Assembly: GCA_965228895.1 (NCBI GenBank)
Contig: OZ245842.1
Location: forward strand, 3,264,001 to 3,328,000
DNA length: 64,000 bases
Origin: Alphaproteobacteria bacterium
GTDB lineage: Bacteria; Pseudomonadota; Alphaproteobacteria; SP197
Direction: 5' to 3'
Shown here: positions 29,301-38,973 of the stretch, piece after piece
Position numbering within the stretch: the first letter of the stretch is position 1
Layout: every line of letters begins with the position of its first letter
The notes under the pieces: generated by a model
What the model saw: only the letters and a program-made list of their open reading frames with translations
What the model was told of the DNA's origin: nothing
The model's database searches: none
Made by a program: the position numbers and the translations under genes

Positions 29301-29739
29301 CATGGGCCTGGGGCCAGCCGAAATAGACCAGTGCGCCATCGCCCATGAATTTTGCGACATGTCCATCCAGACGCGTGATCTCGCCGGCGACCGCGTTCTG
29401 AAATCCACGAATCACGTCGCGCATCTCTTCGGGATCAAGCCCCGCCGATAGCGACGTCGAACCGACCAGATCGACGAACATTACGGTCAACTGCCGACGC
29501 TCGGCTCCGGTCGGTTCCGGCGCCTCACCCGCCTTCGGCTGATTGTCCGGCTGTGCGGGCGCATCGCCCAAGGCATTCAGACCGGCGAGGAACTTGCGCC
29601 GCGGCCCCATGGGCAGACCGAGTTCCTTCAGGTCGTCATCGCTAAGGTGCCGCGCCGCGTCCAGATCGATCTCGTTCTCGGCAAACGCCGCAGCGTACTT
29701 GTCGAGCCCCAAGCTCGACAACAACTCACCGATATCCAT
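26389..29739 (-). CDS. SAM + class III cyclase + STAND AAA ATPase + TPR-like protein
   Basis: SAM (LGLDKYAAAFAENEID..LKELGLPMG), ERRQLTVMFVDLVGST, GEAGIGKS, EDAHW, FKHALVRDAAY, YGWFTEGF. Confidence 0.9.
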   Translation of the reverse strand: MDIGELLSSLGLDKYAAAFAENEIDLDAARHLSDDDLKELGLPMGPRRKFLAGLNALGDAPAQPDNQPKAGEAPEPTGAERRQLTVMFVDLVGSTSLSAGLDPEEMRDVIRGFQNAVAGEITRLDGHVAKFMGDGALVYFGWPQAHENEAERAVRAGLAVMNAIAGLRAPDGTPLAARIGIATGLVVVGDLIGEGSAREETVVGDTPNLAARLQGLAEPGRIVVAEATSELLGGLFELDELGRHAVKGLDEPVLAYAVLGERTLESRFAARGSATKGAIVGRDQELALLMERWGQANAGEGQMVLLTGEAGIGKSRITEALFDDLRDHDHTSVRYQCSPYHTDSALYPTIQQLSLAAGFETGDDETLRLDKLEALLAQGTADVGAQVPLLAPLLGLDGEKRYGALGLSPQQLRARMLQALIDQLVGLAKARPVLFVIEDAHWIDPTTLELVELALDTVARSQVLVLITARPTFEHGFGGHPVVTRLMLNRLGRSQVADIATRVSGGKPLPDAVLDEISSKTDGVPLFVEEIAKAVLESDALREEDGAYVLAGPLSALTIPATLHDSLMARLDRLRPVKEVAQMASVIGRAFDYRTLAAVAEQSDEALTAALDGLVEAELVFRRGTPPEADYLFKHALVRDAAYESLLKSRRQAIHADLLSALEAREDAQPEILAHHAEEAGDTEKAIDNWTRAGDAAVARPAYREAISHFENALRLLRQMPADDGNRERELRLLINLGQALIAAHGYGAGDTVATFVAATELAETLGDELNDKTLQYAAIYGQWSGLFIRSIAAPAHAERLLALTEAANDQNARLVALRVEALERLNSARFRDVLACADEIVENYDPVTHRDLALRYGHDALVAANMYRSWSLYYLGYADQAIDAMDATVAWALERDHGNTTGYAMGWGGVITNVLMRRIPETVAAARRALPVCTELATPLWYNYARVFLGWGLAHQGDFDDGLSEIDVGIAELSTIKSQRWFAHLHALKAEAHMLAGQPEESKTAMAAAFAYFEKDNDLPIEAELHRLAGWLMLAGHEPDADAARSSFERAIEIARSRESKAIELRAATGLAGLLRDQGKKDEARDLLAPIYGWFTEGFETPDLIEAKALLDTLG

Positions 29740-29966
29740 AACGCCGCCTCCCGACAAGACGTCAGCCTAGCATCACACGGACGCCTGCCGGTAACCAGCG
29801 ACCGGACCCAACGGGCACCGCCGTCGAGGATCGGGCCGGCCACCTGCAGTCAACGCCGTGGCCCTTCGCCAACGTTGCTCGACATCCAAATCAGCCAAGG
29901 GTCTGGGAAAAACGCTATCATAACGTGTGGTCATGGACGATCCGGAGATGTCAGCTTTCTCGATAC

Positions 29967-29982
29967 CTAACACTATTTTAAC
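29967..29982. promoter_or_regulatory. One-mismatch CtrA-like box
   Basis: CTAA-cactatt-TTAAC in an AT-rich divergent intergenic region. Confidence 0.3.
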
Positions 29983-30230
29983 GTACATCAAGATCACGAG
30001 AAATTCCTCAATGTCGGCGCAATCTCCACTAAGATAATCTATTTGCAGTTGCTGCGTTCAACTCGGTGGAATGGGTAAGAGTGACTTGGCCGGCGTGTGC
30101 TGTGCATCAATCGATCCGCCTAACCACGGGGCGGCACGCGACTTGGCTGACTGACGCCTCAACAGCCAAGTGGCCGACAGAAAACTGGGAAGTTGGGAAA
30201 CACCCGCAACGTGTGTTGAGGATGGAATCT

Positions 30231-30605
30231 ATGAAACTCGCACTCAGGAAATTTGTGGCGCCGGCTGCCGTCGCAGCGGCATTCGTGGTGGTTGCGGCCC
30301 AGACCAGCCCGGTCTTGGCCCAGGGCGACGCACAGCGTATGAACCGGTCTGACGCGCGGTTCTTTGTAACGGGTTCGGACCCCGAATCGTTGCTGGTGCA
30401 TAGCACGGCCCCGACACACAACACCGTATGCTCAAGCGCGCATGGTTCCGGCGACGTGACCGTGAAATACGACGACAACACGACAACGCTTTCGCTCGGC
30501 CATTGCGCTTTGCTGGCGGCCGGCCACGTCAGCGTTCATGGCGCACACGAAGCGACCAATGCGCACGTCTCGGTTCACAACTATCATCATTCCCACGCTC
30601 CCTGA
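30231..30605 (+). CDS. Small exported His-rich protein
   Basis: Signal peptide ending VLA; two Cys; HVSVH twice and HHSH at the C-terminus. Confidence 0.7.
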   Translation: MKLALRKFVAPAAVAAAFVVVAAQTSPVLAQGDAQRMNRSDARFFVTGSDPESLLVHSTAPTHNTVCSSAHGSGDVTVKYDDNTTTLSLGHCALLAAGHVSVHGAHEATNAHVSVHNYHHSHAP

Positions 30606-30647
30606 TCGTCGTCGACGGCTTCACGACGTCTAGAGCCAAGAATCACC

Positions 30648-30692
30648 AGCCGCCCCGCAGGACTCCACCCCGGCAGGGCGGCTTTCTTTCGT
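30648..30692 (+). terminator. Putative Rho-independent terminator
   Basis: agccgccc...gggcggct followed by ttctttc. Confidence 0.55.
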
Positions 30693-30744
30693 TCCGGGTC
30701 ACCGCGCGTGCTAGCGTTGCATCGGATCAGCGGAGGGCTTAGCC

Positions 30745-31815
30745 ATGTCAGACCGAGAGCAACGCGTCCATTCTTTGCGCATTATCGACGAGTACACCTG
30801 GATGCTGCTGCGCCAGCTCGGCATCGCCGTTGGCAAGCGGCTCGGCGATCCCGGCATCGCGGCACTTGCCGACGGCTTGCGCCGCTATGGCAAGTATCGC
30901 GGTGAAACCCTGCGCCAGCACCCCAAGACATGCGCGGAAGGGCGCGATGCCCTGTCGCTGCTGCGCAATTGGGACGTGGCGGACTTGGCGCTCGCCAGCG
31001 CCGGCGAGCTCCTTGATGTCGCCGGCGATCCGTCGCGTGCGACCGTGAACATGACGCGCGTCCCAGGCAGCGACTACTTCGCGCAACATAACAATGCCGC
31101 CATTCTGGCTACTTACTGGTCGCAGACCTTGGCAGGGTTGGTCGAAGGCTACGACAGTGCGCTTGCGGTTCAGTGTCCACCCCTGCCCGACGACCCGCAG
31201 GCGCCATGGTCGATCACCTTCACCTATACAGGAGACTCTGCATCGCGATTGTCTGCGTTGCCCGATGACGCGTTTGCTGACCCGGCCGCCGCCATCACGC
31301 TATCGCGCCGGACGACAGGCGTCTTTGGCGCGCTGCCCATGTATGTCGCGCGCGCCCTTGGCGAGCGGTTTGATGCCACGGCCGAAGAAGCCGTGCGCGA
31401 AGCGCTCTATAACTTTGGCGTTGAACGTGCTGCCGGCATGCGCGAACAAGTTTTGGCGGAAGGCAAACCGTTAAACTTGCAGACCTGGTTCGAGACGATT
31501 CAAAAGCGCGATCCCGAAGCCGCATCCTTCGTCTTCAGCGACGATCACCATGTGTCGCCCGGCGTCTTCCAGGTCACCTGTACCTACTGTCCGTGTGCGG
31601 AGGTCTGGGCGCAGGAAGGTCATGACGGTCTGGCGCTTGGCTAAATCTACGACATGGAAGTACACCGTGGCCTGGTCGAAGGATTTCGCCCCGGCGGCGT
31701 CGTTGCCTGGGACAAGGTCAAGACCCGTGGCGACAAGGTCTGTGACTTCCGTTTCTTCATTCCAGAACTGGTCAGCGACGACGATCCCGAATGGGCGCGC
31801 AAGGCTTCCAGCTAA
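30745..31815 (+). pseudogene. Tandem ATC-hydrolase-like (V4R-type) protein interrupted by in-frame TAA at 31642-31644
   Basis: CTYCPCAEVW..LG*IYDMEVHRGLVEGF..KTRGDKVCDFRF; the same frame continues to TAA at 31815. Confidence 0.7.
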
Positions 31816-32032
31816 ACCGGCAATCACTGGAAAACCAGCACTCTCGGGCGAAACCAAACGACCCAGAGTTGCTATTCTGAAGGCCGCCACGACCTGCGCG
31901 TCACGCTGTTCCCTAACAATTGTTAATCTATGATTACTGTCACACCAATTAAGTCAGTCGTCCATTGATGCTGAGTCCGGCTGACCTTAATCTCTCTAAA
32001 TACAGTTACAACTGAGCGGTGGAAAAGTGTCG

Positions 32033-32743
32033 ATGAAATCGCGTGTTCGCGGAGACTGGAAGATTGGCCTTGTGGCCCTGGCATTGGCCTCCCTGTTCGC
32101 CACCATGCCGGCCGGCATGGCCCAAGCGCAGCTTGCGGTCTCAGAGATGGTGGTCGACATGACCGCTCCTGACGACCGCAAGGACTTGATCGTGACCAAC
32201 ACCGGCGACGACACCATGTATGTCGCTGTCGAGATCAAGGAGTTCATCAATCCGGGCATGCCCGACCAGACCGAGATCGCCCACCGCACGCCGGACGAAA
32301 CCGGCCTTCTCGTCTCGCCCAGCAAGATGGTGCTGGGTGCCGGCGAACGGGCGGTCGTGCGCATGGCAGTTATCGAACGTCCGGACGCCGCCGACCGCGT
32401 GTTTCAGGTGACGGTCAAACCGGTCTTGGGGGACGAAGAAACTCAGACGACCATGATCCGCCTGTTGGTCGCCTATGGCGTCCTGGTCATCGTGCGGCCG
32501 GAAGACCTGAACCCGAACATCTCCGTGCAGCGCAATGGCCAGACGCTGTTCGTCGAGAACAACGGCAACACCATGGTCGAACTTGCTCATGGCAAACAAT
32601 GCGATGCCAGTGGCGCGATCTGCTCGGATCTGCCCAGCAAGCGCGTCTATCCGGGCGGCACATGGCAGGTCGAACTGGCCCATGACACCCCGGCCGAATA
32701 CCGCGTCTCCAGCGGCGGCGAGACCGAGGTGCGCACGTACTGA
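32033..32743 (+). CDS. Fimbrial periplasmic chaperone (EcpB/CS1-type alternate chaperone-usher)
   Basis: Signal peptide; VTNTGD, GLLVSPSKMVL, Y.VLVIVRP, NNGNT, C..C.DLPSKRVYPG. Confidence 0.8.
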   Translation: MKSRVRGDWKIGLVALALASLFATMPAGMAQAQLAVSEMVVDMTAPDDRKDLIVTNTGDDTMYVAVEIKEFINPGMPDQTEIAHRTPDETGLLVSPSKMVLGAGERAVVRMAVIERPDAADRVFQVTVKPVLGDEETQTTMIRLLVAYGVLVIVRPEDLNPNISVQRNGQTLFVENNGNTMVELAHGKQCDASGAICSDLPSKRVYPGGTWQVELAHDTPAEYRVSSGGETEVRTY

Positions 32744-32964
32744 GCCGCTCTGACTGGCATAGCGACGCGATCACGCGCGGTACGCCGGTCACCGCAAGCT
32801 ACAAGAACACCCAGAACGTCCGCCGATTTTTGACCGACCAATGCGGTCCCGGATTCCGTTTCGAGCGAACGTTCATGCAGTCGATCAAGGACGGCACGCC
32901 GAAGACCATGGGCGATGTCGCCGACGCATGGCTGCGACGCCACGCCGCGGCCGGTAAGCGCTGA
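32740..32964 (+). CDS. DUF6434-like small protein, CTG start or start-less remnant (not in ORF track)
   Basis: Manual translation (L/M)SRSDWHSDAITRGTPVTASYKNTQNVRRFLTDQCGPGFRFERTFMQSIKDGTPKTMGDVADAWLRRHAAAGKR*. Confidence 0.55.
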   Translation: MSRSDWHSDAITRGTPVTASYKNTQNVRRFLTDQCGPGFRFERTFMQSIKDGTPKTMGDVADAWLRRHAAAGKR

Positions 32965-33057
32965 TCGCTTAAGGTCGTCCAGCGCGCAGGCGGACCACCG
33001 TGTAGTCTGCTCGCGGAATGCGCTAACGTGCTCACCGCAAGACAGACCGGGGCGGCG

Positions 33058-34413
33058 ATGCTTGGCATTAACGACACCAACCGCAAGTGGTGGATCCTGA
33101 TCGCCGCGTCGACGGTTGGCGGCCTGATTCTTCTGGATGAGACGGTCGTCGGTATTGCGCTACCGACCATTCGCCAAGACCTCGGCATGGGCGAAACCGC
33201 CGCCCATTGGGTCATCAGCGCGTACTTCCTCGTCTTGACGGCGTTCGCCGCCGCTTTCGGCAAGATCGGCGATATCGTCGGCTTCCACGTTCTTCTTTAC
33301 ATCGGCGCGGTGCTGTTCGCAGGCGCGTCGCTTGCCGCGGGTTTCGCCGATGACGGCACCGTCCTGATCGCCGCGCGCGTGGTCGAAGGCCTAGGCGCTG
33401 CGATCATCTTCCCCGGCACCATCGCGATGATCACCATTGCTTTCCCGCCAGATCAGCGCGGCATGGCGATCGGCATCATGGCCGCCATCGGCACGACCTT
33501 CCTGGCGGTCGGTCCGCTGGTCGGCGGATTTTTCACCGAGATCATATCGTGGCGTTGGATCTTTTGGATCAACGTGCCAATCGTCGCGGCCATTGTCTTG
33601 GTCATCGCACTTGCTTGGGTCGCGCCGCCGCGCAAGGCCGAGACGTCCCGCTTCGACTACGGCGGTCTCGTCACGCTTATCGCCAGCACGACCCTGATCG
33701 TGTTTGCCGTCATGCAGGGCGGCTCCTGGGGATGGGGCAACGCCACCATCCTCACCTGTCTGATCGTCGGCGTGGCGGTGCTCATCGCCTTCGTCATCAT
33801 CGAGAATAGGCGTGACGCGCCTTTGCTGGAGGTCGATCTGTTCCGCATCGGCGAGTTCAGCGCCTGCACGCTCGTGCTGTTTGTCGGCCAGTACGCGAAG
33901 ATCGTTATTGTCATTTTTGGCGCGCTCTATCTGCAGCAAAGCCTCGGCATGTCCCCGCTCACCGCCGGTTTCGCGCTGCTGGCAGCCGTTGCCGGTTTCC
34001 CGTTCCTGTCGGCGCCGGTCGGCCGGTTCGCCGACAAACACGGCGCGCGCAAACCGGTTCTTCTGGGACTGGGCGTCGCGACCCTGGCCATGGCGTGGAT
34101 CGTCGTCGCCATCGTCTGGAACAGCTATCTGTTGCTGCTTCCAGGTCTGCTCATCTGGGGTCTCGCCATGCCGTTCTGCTATTCGCCGACGCTGCGCGCC
34201 ATGGCCAATGCGGTGCCCCCAGAAAAGCAGGGCCAGACAAGCGGCATCGGCATTACCAGCCGGCTTGTCGGCGGCACCGTCAGCATGGCAATCAGCAGCA
34301 CGCTCTTGGTCGCGACCGGTTCCTATCAGCTCGTCTTCCTGGTCGCGGCGGTCGTCATGGCCGCCGCCTGGATCGCCGGCTGGCGCGCCATCGCAGAAGA
34401 GACCGCCGCCTAA
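33058..34413 (+). CDS. MFS transporter, DHA2; paralog of 6555-7919
   Basis: RKWWIL..LLDETVVGIALP, SWRWIFWINVP. Confidence 0.9.
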   Translation: MLGINDTNRKWWILIAASTVGGLILLDETVVGIALPTIRQDLGMGETAAHWVISAYFLVLTAFAAAFGKIGDIVGFHVLLYIGAVLFAGASLAAGFADDGTVLIAARVVEGLGAAIIFPGTIAMITIAFPPDQRGMAIGIMAAIGTTFLAVGPLVGGFFTEIISWRWIFWINVPIVAAIVLVIALAWVAPPRKAETSRFDYGGLVTLIASTTLIVFAVMQGGSWGWGNATILTCLIVGVAVLIAFVIIENRRDAPLLEVDLFRIGEFSACTLVLFVGQYAKIVIVIFGALYLQQSLGMSPLTAGFALLAAVAGFPFLSAPVGRFADKHGARKPVLLGLGVATLAMAWIVVAIVWNSYLLLLPGLLIWGLAMPFCYSPTLRAMANAVPPEKQGQTSGIGITSRLVGGTVSMAISSTLLVATGSYQLVFLVAAVVMAAAWIAGWRAIAEETAA

Positions 34414-34512
34414 CTGATCGCCACCTTGTGAGCCCTCGCTGCTCGACGTAACGCGGCGTGGATGCGACGATGCCGCGATCACAACAAGACCAACCCGTCA
34501 CAGGAGAACACG

Positions 34513-34977
34513 ATGGGCGCGGATACCAAGATGACCGGCGGCTGCATGTGCGGCGCGGTGCGATACGAAACCACCGGCGACTCGTTCGGCGTCAACCATT
34601 GCCACTGCCATAGCTGCCGCAAACATAACGGCGGGCCGGTTGTGACGCTGGCTGGATTCAAGGCCGACCAAGTCGCGTTCAGCGGCGACGATCGCAAGAT
34701 CTACGAGTCCTCGCCGGGCGTCGGCCGCGCCTTCTGCGGCAAGTGCGGCACGCCCCTGACCTGGGAAGGCGACGGCGGCGAACTCGGCCCGATCTTCGAG
34801 TTCCATATCAGCACGCTCGACAACCCCGATGTCCTGGTGCCGACCGGCCACTCGTTCGACCCCGAACGCATTCCCTGGTTCGACATCGCCGACGGCCTGC
34901 CGCGCTATGAAACTTTCGCCGAAGCCAGCCCGGTGCTACGCCACGGCCCGGCGAAAGAGGGTTTGCCGTCGGGTTGA
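34513..34977 (+). CDS. GFA/CENP-V family protein
   Basis: GGCMCGAVRY, HCHCHSCRK, FCGKCGTPL; AGGAG RBS. Confidence 0.9.
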   Translation: MGADTKMTGGCMCGAVRYETTGDSFGVNHCHCHSCRKHNGGPVVTLAGFKADQVAFSGDDRKIYESSPGVGRAFCGKCGTPLTWEGDGGELGPIFEFHISTLDNPDVLVPTGHSFDPERIPWFDIADGLPRYETFAEASPVLRHGPAKEGLPSG

Positions 34978-35079
34978 GACAGTCAACGACTCAGGCAAGC
35001 CGGCCTTTCCACATCCTTCGGGCCCGTGTTCCATCGACGTCCGACGCCGGGATTACAGCCGGGTTGCGTTCGACTCCCG

Positions 35080-36822
35080 TCACGTGACGCCCGCTTTGCG
35101 TAGACCTTCGATGTAGCGCCCGGCCCCGACGGCTCGCGTTAACGCAACCGTGTCTTTGACGAACGACAAATCGAAGTCGGGCTTGATGGCCTTGATGCGG
35201 TCGACCGCCTGCCGGGCCTCATCGAGACGATCGAGATGCGCCAATGCGACGGCTTCGGACACATGCGCCCACAATCCGGCGTTTGGCTCGCGCAGGGCCT
35301 CACGTACATGGGTCAAGGCGACGTCATCGCGCTCCATAAAGAGGTAGGCTTGGCACTTGATGAGGAGAAAGGCCCAAAGCATGGGATCGCGCGGGCTCAA
35401 CCGAATGGCCTCGTCCTCCTCTTGAATCCCCTCCTCGGGGCGACCGCTATAGGCAAGCGCCCAGCCCAGGGAAAAATGGGCGCTCGCCAGATTGGGGTTG
35501 AGAGCAAGCGCCTTGCGGCTGGAGGCAATGGACCCATCGTAGTCACCGTTCATCATATAGGGCCGTGTGCTCATGTCGTATCCGAACGGATCGTCCGGAT
35601 CGATCACGATGGCACGCTCAGCGGCCGCCGCCGCGGCCGCAAGAAGCGTTTGAGGTTCGCCACCGAAGGCATGCAGAACTGCCAAGAAGAGTGCATAGGC
35701 AAGAGCCGCATGGGCCGGTGCAAAGTTCGGATCAAGCTCTATGGCGCGCCTGAAGCATGACTGCGCTTCGACATTGTCCTCAGCCGCATTGCGGTACACA
35801 TGCCACATGCCACGTTGATAGGTTTCCCAGGCGTCGAGGCTCTCGGCCGGCTTGCGACGTGCACGCTCGCGCTCGGCACTGCTCAATGTCGGTGCGATCG
35901 CGGTGACCACGGCATGCGTCACCTCGTCTTGGACCGCGAAGATATCCTCGAGATCGCGATCGTAGCGTTCGGCCCACAGGTGGTTGTCCGAAGATGCATC
36001 AATCAGCTGTGCGGTGACGCGCACCCGGTTGCCGGCGCGGCGCACACTACCTTCGACGATGTAGCGTACGCCAAGCTTATGTCCGATCTCCTTGATGTCC
36101 AACGACTGCCCTCTGAACGAAAACGACGAGTTGCGCGCGATTACAAAGAGCGAGCGGAATTTCGAGAGCTCCGTGATGATGTCTTCGCTGATGCCGTCCG
36201 CAAAGAAGTCCTGGTCGACGTCGGCGCTCATGTTGTCAAATGGCAGAACGGCGACCGACGGTTTATCCGGTAACGCCAAGGGCGCCGCATCGGGTCTCGC
36301 GGCGACCCCACCTTCCGACCACGTCCACACGCGGATCGGCCGCGCGATGTTCTTTACCGTCTGCTCGCCGCCGTCTTCGAAACCATGATCGACCTTGCCG
36401 GCAATATGCTCATAGACCGCGCCCGAGACACAGATGCCGCCGGGTTCGGCCAGCGCCTCAAGACGCGCGGCGATGTTGACGCCGTCGCCATAGATATCGT
36501 CGCCGTCGATGATGATATCGCCCAGGTTGATGCCAATGCGGAACACGATCTTTCGGCCGTCCGGCGCGTCGGCATTGCGTTCGACCATACCGCGCTGGAC
36601 CTCGACGGCGCTTTCGACCGCATCGACGACGCTTGGAAACTCGATCAGCGCACCGTCGCCCATCAGTTTGACGATACGCCCGCCCCGCGCCGCAATCGCC
36701 GGATCGACAAACTCGGCACGATGCGCCTTCAACGCCGCCAGCGTGCCAGCCTCGTCGGCTTCCATCAGCCGAGAATAACCGACCACGTCGGCGGCGAGTA
36801 TGGCGGCCAGCCGTCGTTCCAT
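35080..36822 (-). CDS. Class III cyclase + TolB-like + TPR protein
   Basis: MERRLAAILAADVVGYSRL, DIYGDGVNIAARLE, PDKPSVAVLPF, TPRs; GGAGG RBS. Confidence 0.9.
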   Translation of the reverse strand: MERRLAAILAADVVGYSRLMEADEAGTLAALKAHRAEFVDPAIAARGGRIVKLMGDGALIEFPSVVDAVESAVEVQRGMVERNADAPDGRKIVFRIGINLGDIIIDGDDIYGDGVNIAARLEALAEPGGICVSGAVYEHIAGKVDHGFEDGGEQTVKNIARPIRVWTWSEGGVAARPDAAPLALPDKPSVAVLPFDNMSADVDQDFFADGISEDIITELSKFRSLFVIARNSSFSFRGQSLDIKEIGHKLGVRYIVEGSVRRAGNRVRVTAQLIDASSDNHLWAERYDRDLEDIFAVQDEVTHAVVTAIAPTLSSAERERARRKPAESLDAWETYQRGMWHVYRNAAEDNVEAQSCFRRAIELDPNFAPAHAALAYALFLAVLHAFGGEPQTLLAAAAAAAERAIVIDPDDPFGYDMSTRPYMMNGDYDGSIASSRKALALNPNLASAHFSLGWALAYSGRPEEGIQEEDEAIRLSPRDPMLWAFLLIKCQAYLFMERDDVALTHVREALREPNAGLWAHVSEAVALAHLDRLDEARQAVDRIKAIKPDFDLSFVKDTVALTRAVGAGRYIEGLRKAGVT

Positions 36823-36883
36823 GCCTACCTCCCGTAAGGCCCACCGTAGCGACTGGTGGACGACAAGACCACGATCCGGTTGG

Positions 36884-37177
36884 TCAGATGATACCCTCGA
36901 CCAGAACCAGATTGGTCTGTGCTGACCGATGGCGATGTTTGGCCAGCTCTTGATAGTCGGGATCATCGAGCCAGGCGCGGGCGTGGTCGACACTGGGAAA
37001 CTTCATGAGCACCGTACGGGGCAACGACCAAACGCCTTCGATGACCGTCGTTTCATCCTTTGACGTCGCCAGCAATTCGCCGCCATGTCTCTCAAAAATG
37101 GGATAGAAACCAGCCAGATAATGTTGGTACTCGTCGGGATCTTGAACGTCGATCTGCGCGATCATGTAGGCACTCAT
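36884..37177 (-). CDS. DUF1330 family protein
   Basis: MSAYMIAQIDV, EG.W..RTV..KFPS..A..W...YQ. Confidence 0.85.
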   Translation of the reverse strand: MSAYMIAQIDVQDPDEYQHYLAGFYPIFERHGGELLATSKDETTVIEGVWSLPRTVLMKFPSVDHARAWLDDPDYQELAKHRHRSAQTNLVLVEGII

Positions 37178-37221
37178 GGGGCTTCGCCTCCTCGTGCGAG
37201 AGTGTTGTCTTGGAGAGCCGT

Positions 37222-38973
37222 CTAGTCCGGCAAGCCGGCCTTGCGCAGGCCGTCGTGGAACAGGGCGCGGCACGCCTGATCTGTAATCGGCAGGGCCTCG
37301 TCGACATAGCTGATCGAAACATCGGCCTTCGTGCGCTGCGCGCGTTTGATGGCATCTTGCGCCTCGGCATCACGGTCCAAATGGCCGAGGGCGCTGATTT
37401 CGGCCAAATGGGAGAAGATGCGCGCGTTGGCCTGGCGTTGCGACATCTGCGACCACACGATGGCCTCGTCGTACTCTTCCATCATCAGAAGCGCGATGGC
37501 CTTGCTGGCCATGTAGGCCCAGTTCATTGGGTCGTTGGGACTTAGCCGCATGGCCTCATTGTGCGACGCCACCGCCTCCTGCGGCCGGCCCGCATGCCAC
37601 AGCGCATGGCCGCGGCCGAAATGGGCCGCAGCAAAATTGGGGTTCAATGAAATCGCCTTATCGGCGGCGCTGATCGCTTCGTCATGCTCGCCACGCACGA
37701 TGTGGCTGCGCGTCATGATCGACCACGCGAAGGGATCATGCTCGTCCAGCCTGACAGCCGTGCGCGCCTCGTCGTAGACAAGCTGAAGATCGCCGTCACG
37801 GTCAACCGATGCGCCCTGAATCAGGTTGGCATAAACCGTGAAGGCGATGCCTGCATGGGGCGAAGAGAAGGTCGGGTCCAGTTCGATCGACCGGCGATAA
37901 AAGCCCAGCGCGTCCTCCCGGTTATCGGGCCGGTACTGATAGGTGTGCCACAGGCCGCGTTGATAATTTTCCCAGGCATCCAGACTTTCCGGCGGCTTGC
38001 GCAGCGCACGCCGGCGCTCGCTGGTGCCAAGCTGTGGTTCGATCGCGGTGACAATCGCCGTCGTCACCTCATCCTGCACGGCGAAGATGTCTTCGAGGTC
38101 GCGGTCATATCGCTCGGCCCAAAGATGAGCGTCGTCCGTGGCATCAATCAACTGCGCGGTAACCCGCACACGGTTGCCGGCCCGGCGCACACTGCCTTCA
38201 ACGACATACCGCACGCCAAGCTTCTCGCCGATCTGCTTGATCTCCAAGGCCTGCCCCTTGAAGGCAAAGGACGAGTTGCGCGCGATGACGAACAAGCTGT
38301 GAAATTTGGATAGCTCGGTGATGATGTCTTCGGTGATGCCGTCAGCGAAGTACTCCTGTTCGGGATCGCCCGACATGTTGGTGAACGGCAGCACGGCGAT
38401 CGACGGTTTGTCGGGTAGCGACAAGGTGTCGGCAGCAAGCGCCGGCACGCCCACGTCTGATGCATCCAGCACAACCCGGAACACATGAACGGGATCGGCG
38501 ATATTCTTGACCTGCTGGGCACCCATGTCATCAAAGGCCAGATCCAGCTTGCCACGCACATTTTGATGCACGGTGCTGGAAATGCAGATGCCGCCTGGAT
38601 CGGCCAGCCCCTCCAGGCGCGCTGCGACATTCACGCCATCACCATAGATGTCGCGTCCTTCGACGATGACGTCGCCCAGATTGATGCCAATGCGCAGATG
38701 AACCGTCCGATGCTCGCCCGCGTCGTTGCGCGCCGCAAGGCCGACCTGGATCGCCACCGCGCAGTCGACCGCCTCGACCACGCTGGTGAACTCTGCCAAC
38801 AGACCGTCGCCCATCAGCTTGACGACACGTCCCTTACGCTCGGCAATCGCCGGCGCGACGAGATCCTTACGCAGCGCTTTCAACGCCGTCAGCGTGCCGG
38901 TCTCATCCTCGCCCATCAGGCGCGAATAGCCGACCACGTCCGCAGCCAGGATCGCCGCCAGCCGTCGCTCCAT
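37222..38973 (-). CDS. Class III cyclase + TolB-like + TPR protein (paralog of 35080-36822)
   Basis: Same motifs; near-identical N-terminus. Confidence 0.9.
   Translation of the reverse strand: MERRLAAILAADVVGYSRLMGEDETGTLTALKALRKDLVAPAIAERKGRVVKLMGDGLLAEFTSVVEAVDCAVAIQVGLAARNDAGEHRTVHLRIGINLGDVIVEGRDIYGDGVNVAARLEGLADPGGICISSTVHQNVRGKLDLAFDDMGAQQVKNIADPVHVFRVVLDASDVGVPALAADTLSLPDKPSIAVLPFTNMSGDPEQEYFADGITEDIITELSKFHSLFVIARNSSFAFKGQALEIKQIGEKLGVRYVVEGSVRRAGNRVRVTAQLIDATDDAHLWAERYDRDLEDIFAVQDEVTTAIVTAIEPQLGTSERRRALRKPPESLDAWENYQRGLWHTYQYRPDNREDALGFYRRSIELDPTFSSPHAGIAFTVYANLIQGASVDRDGDLQLVYDEARTAVRLDEHDPFAWSIMTRSHIVRGEHDEAISAADKAISLNPNFAAAHFGRGHALWHAGRPQEAVASHNEAMRLSPNDPMNWAYMASKAIALLMMEEYDEAIVWSQMSQRQANARIFSHLAEISALGHLDRDAEAQDAIKRAQRTKADVSISYVDEALPITDQACRALFHDGLRKAGLPD

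Noticed and set aside
24982-29739. CBASS or Pycsar system (patatin next to a cyclase)
   Set aside because: No CD-NTase; the cyclase is the common SAM-cyclase-STAND-TPR type, convergent and outside the repeat-bounded cassette.
31642-31644. Selenocysteine or pyrrolysine recoding
   Set aside because: The stop is TAA, not TGA or TAG.
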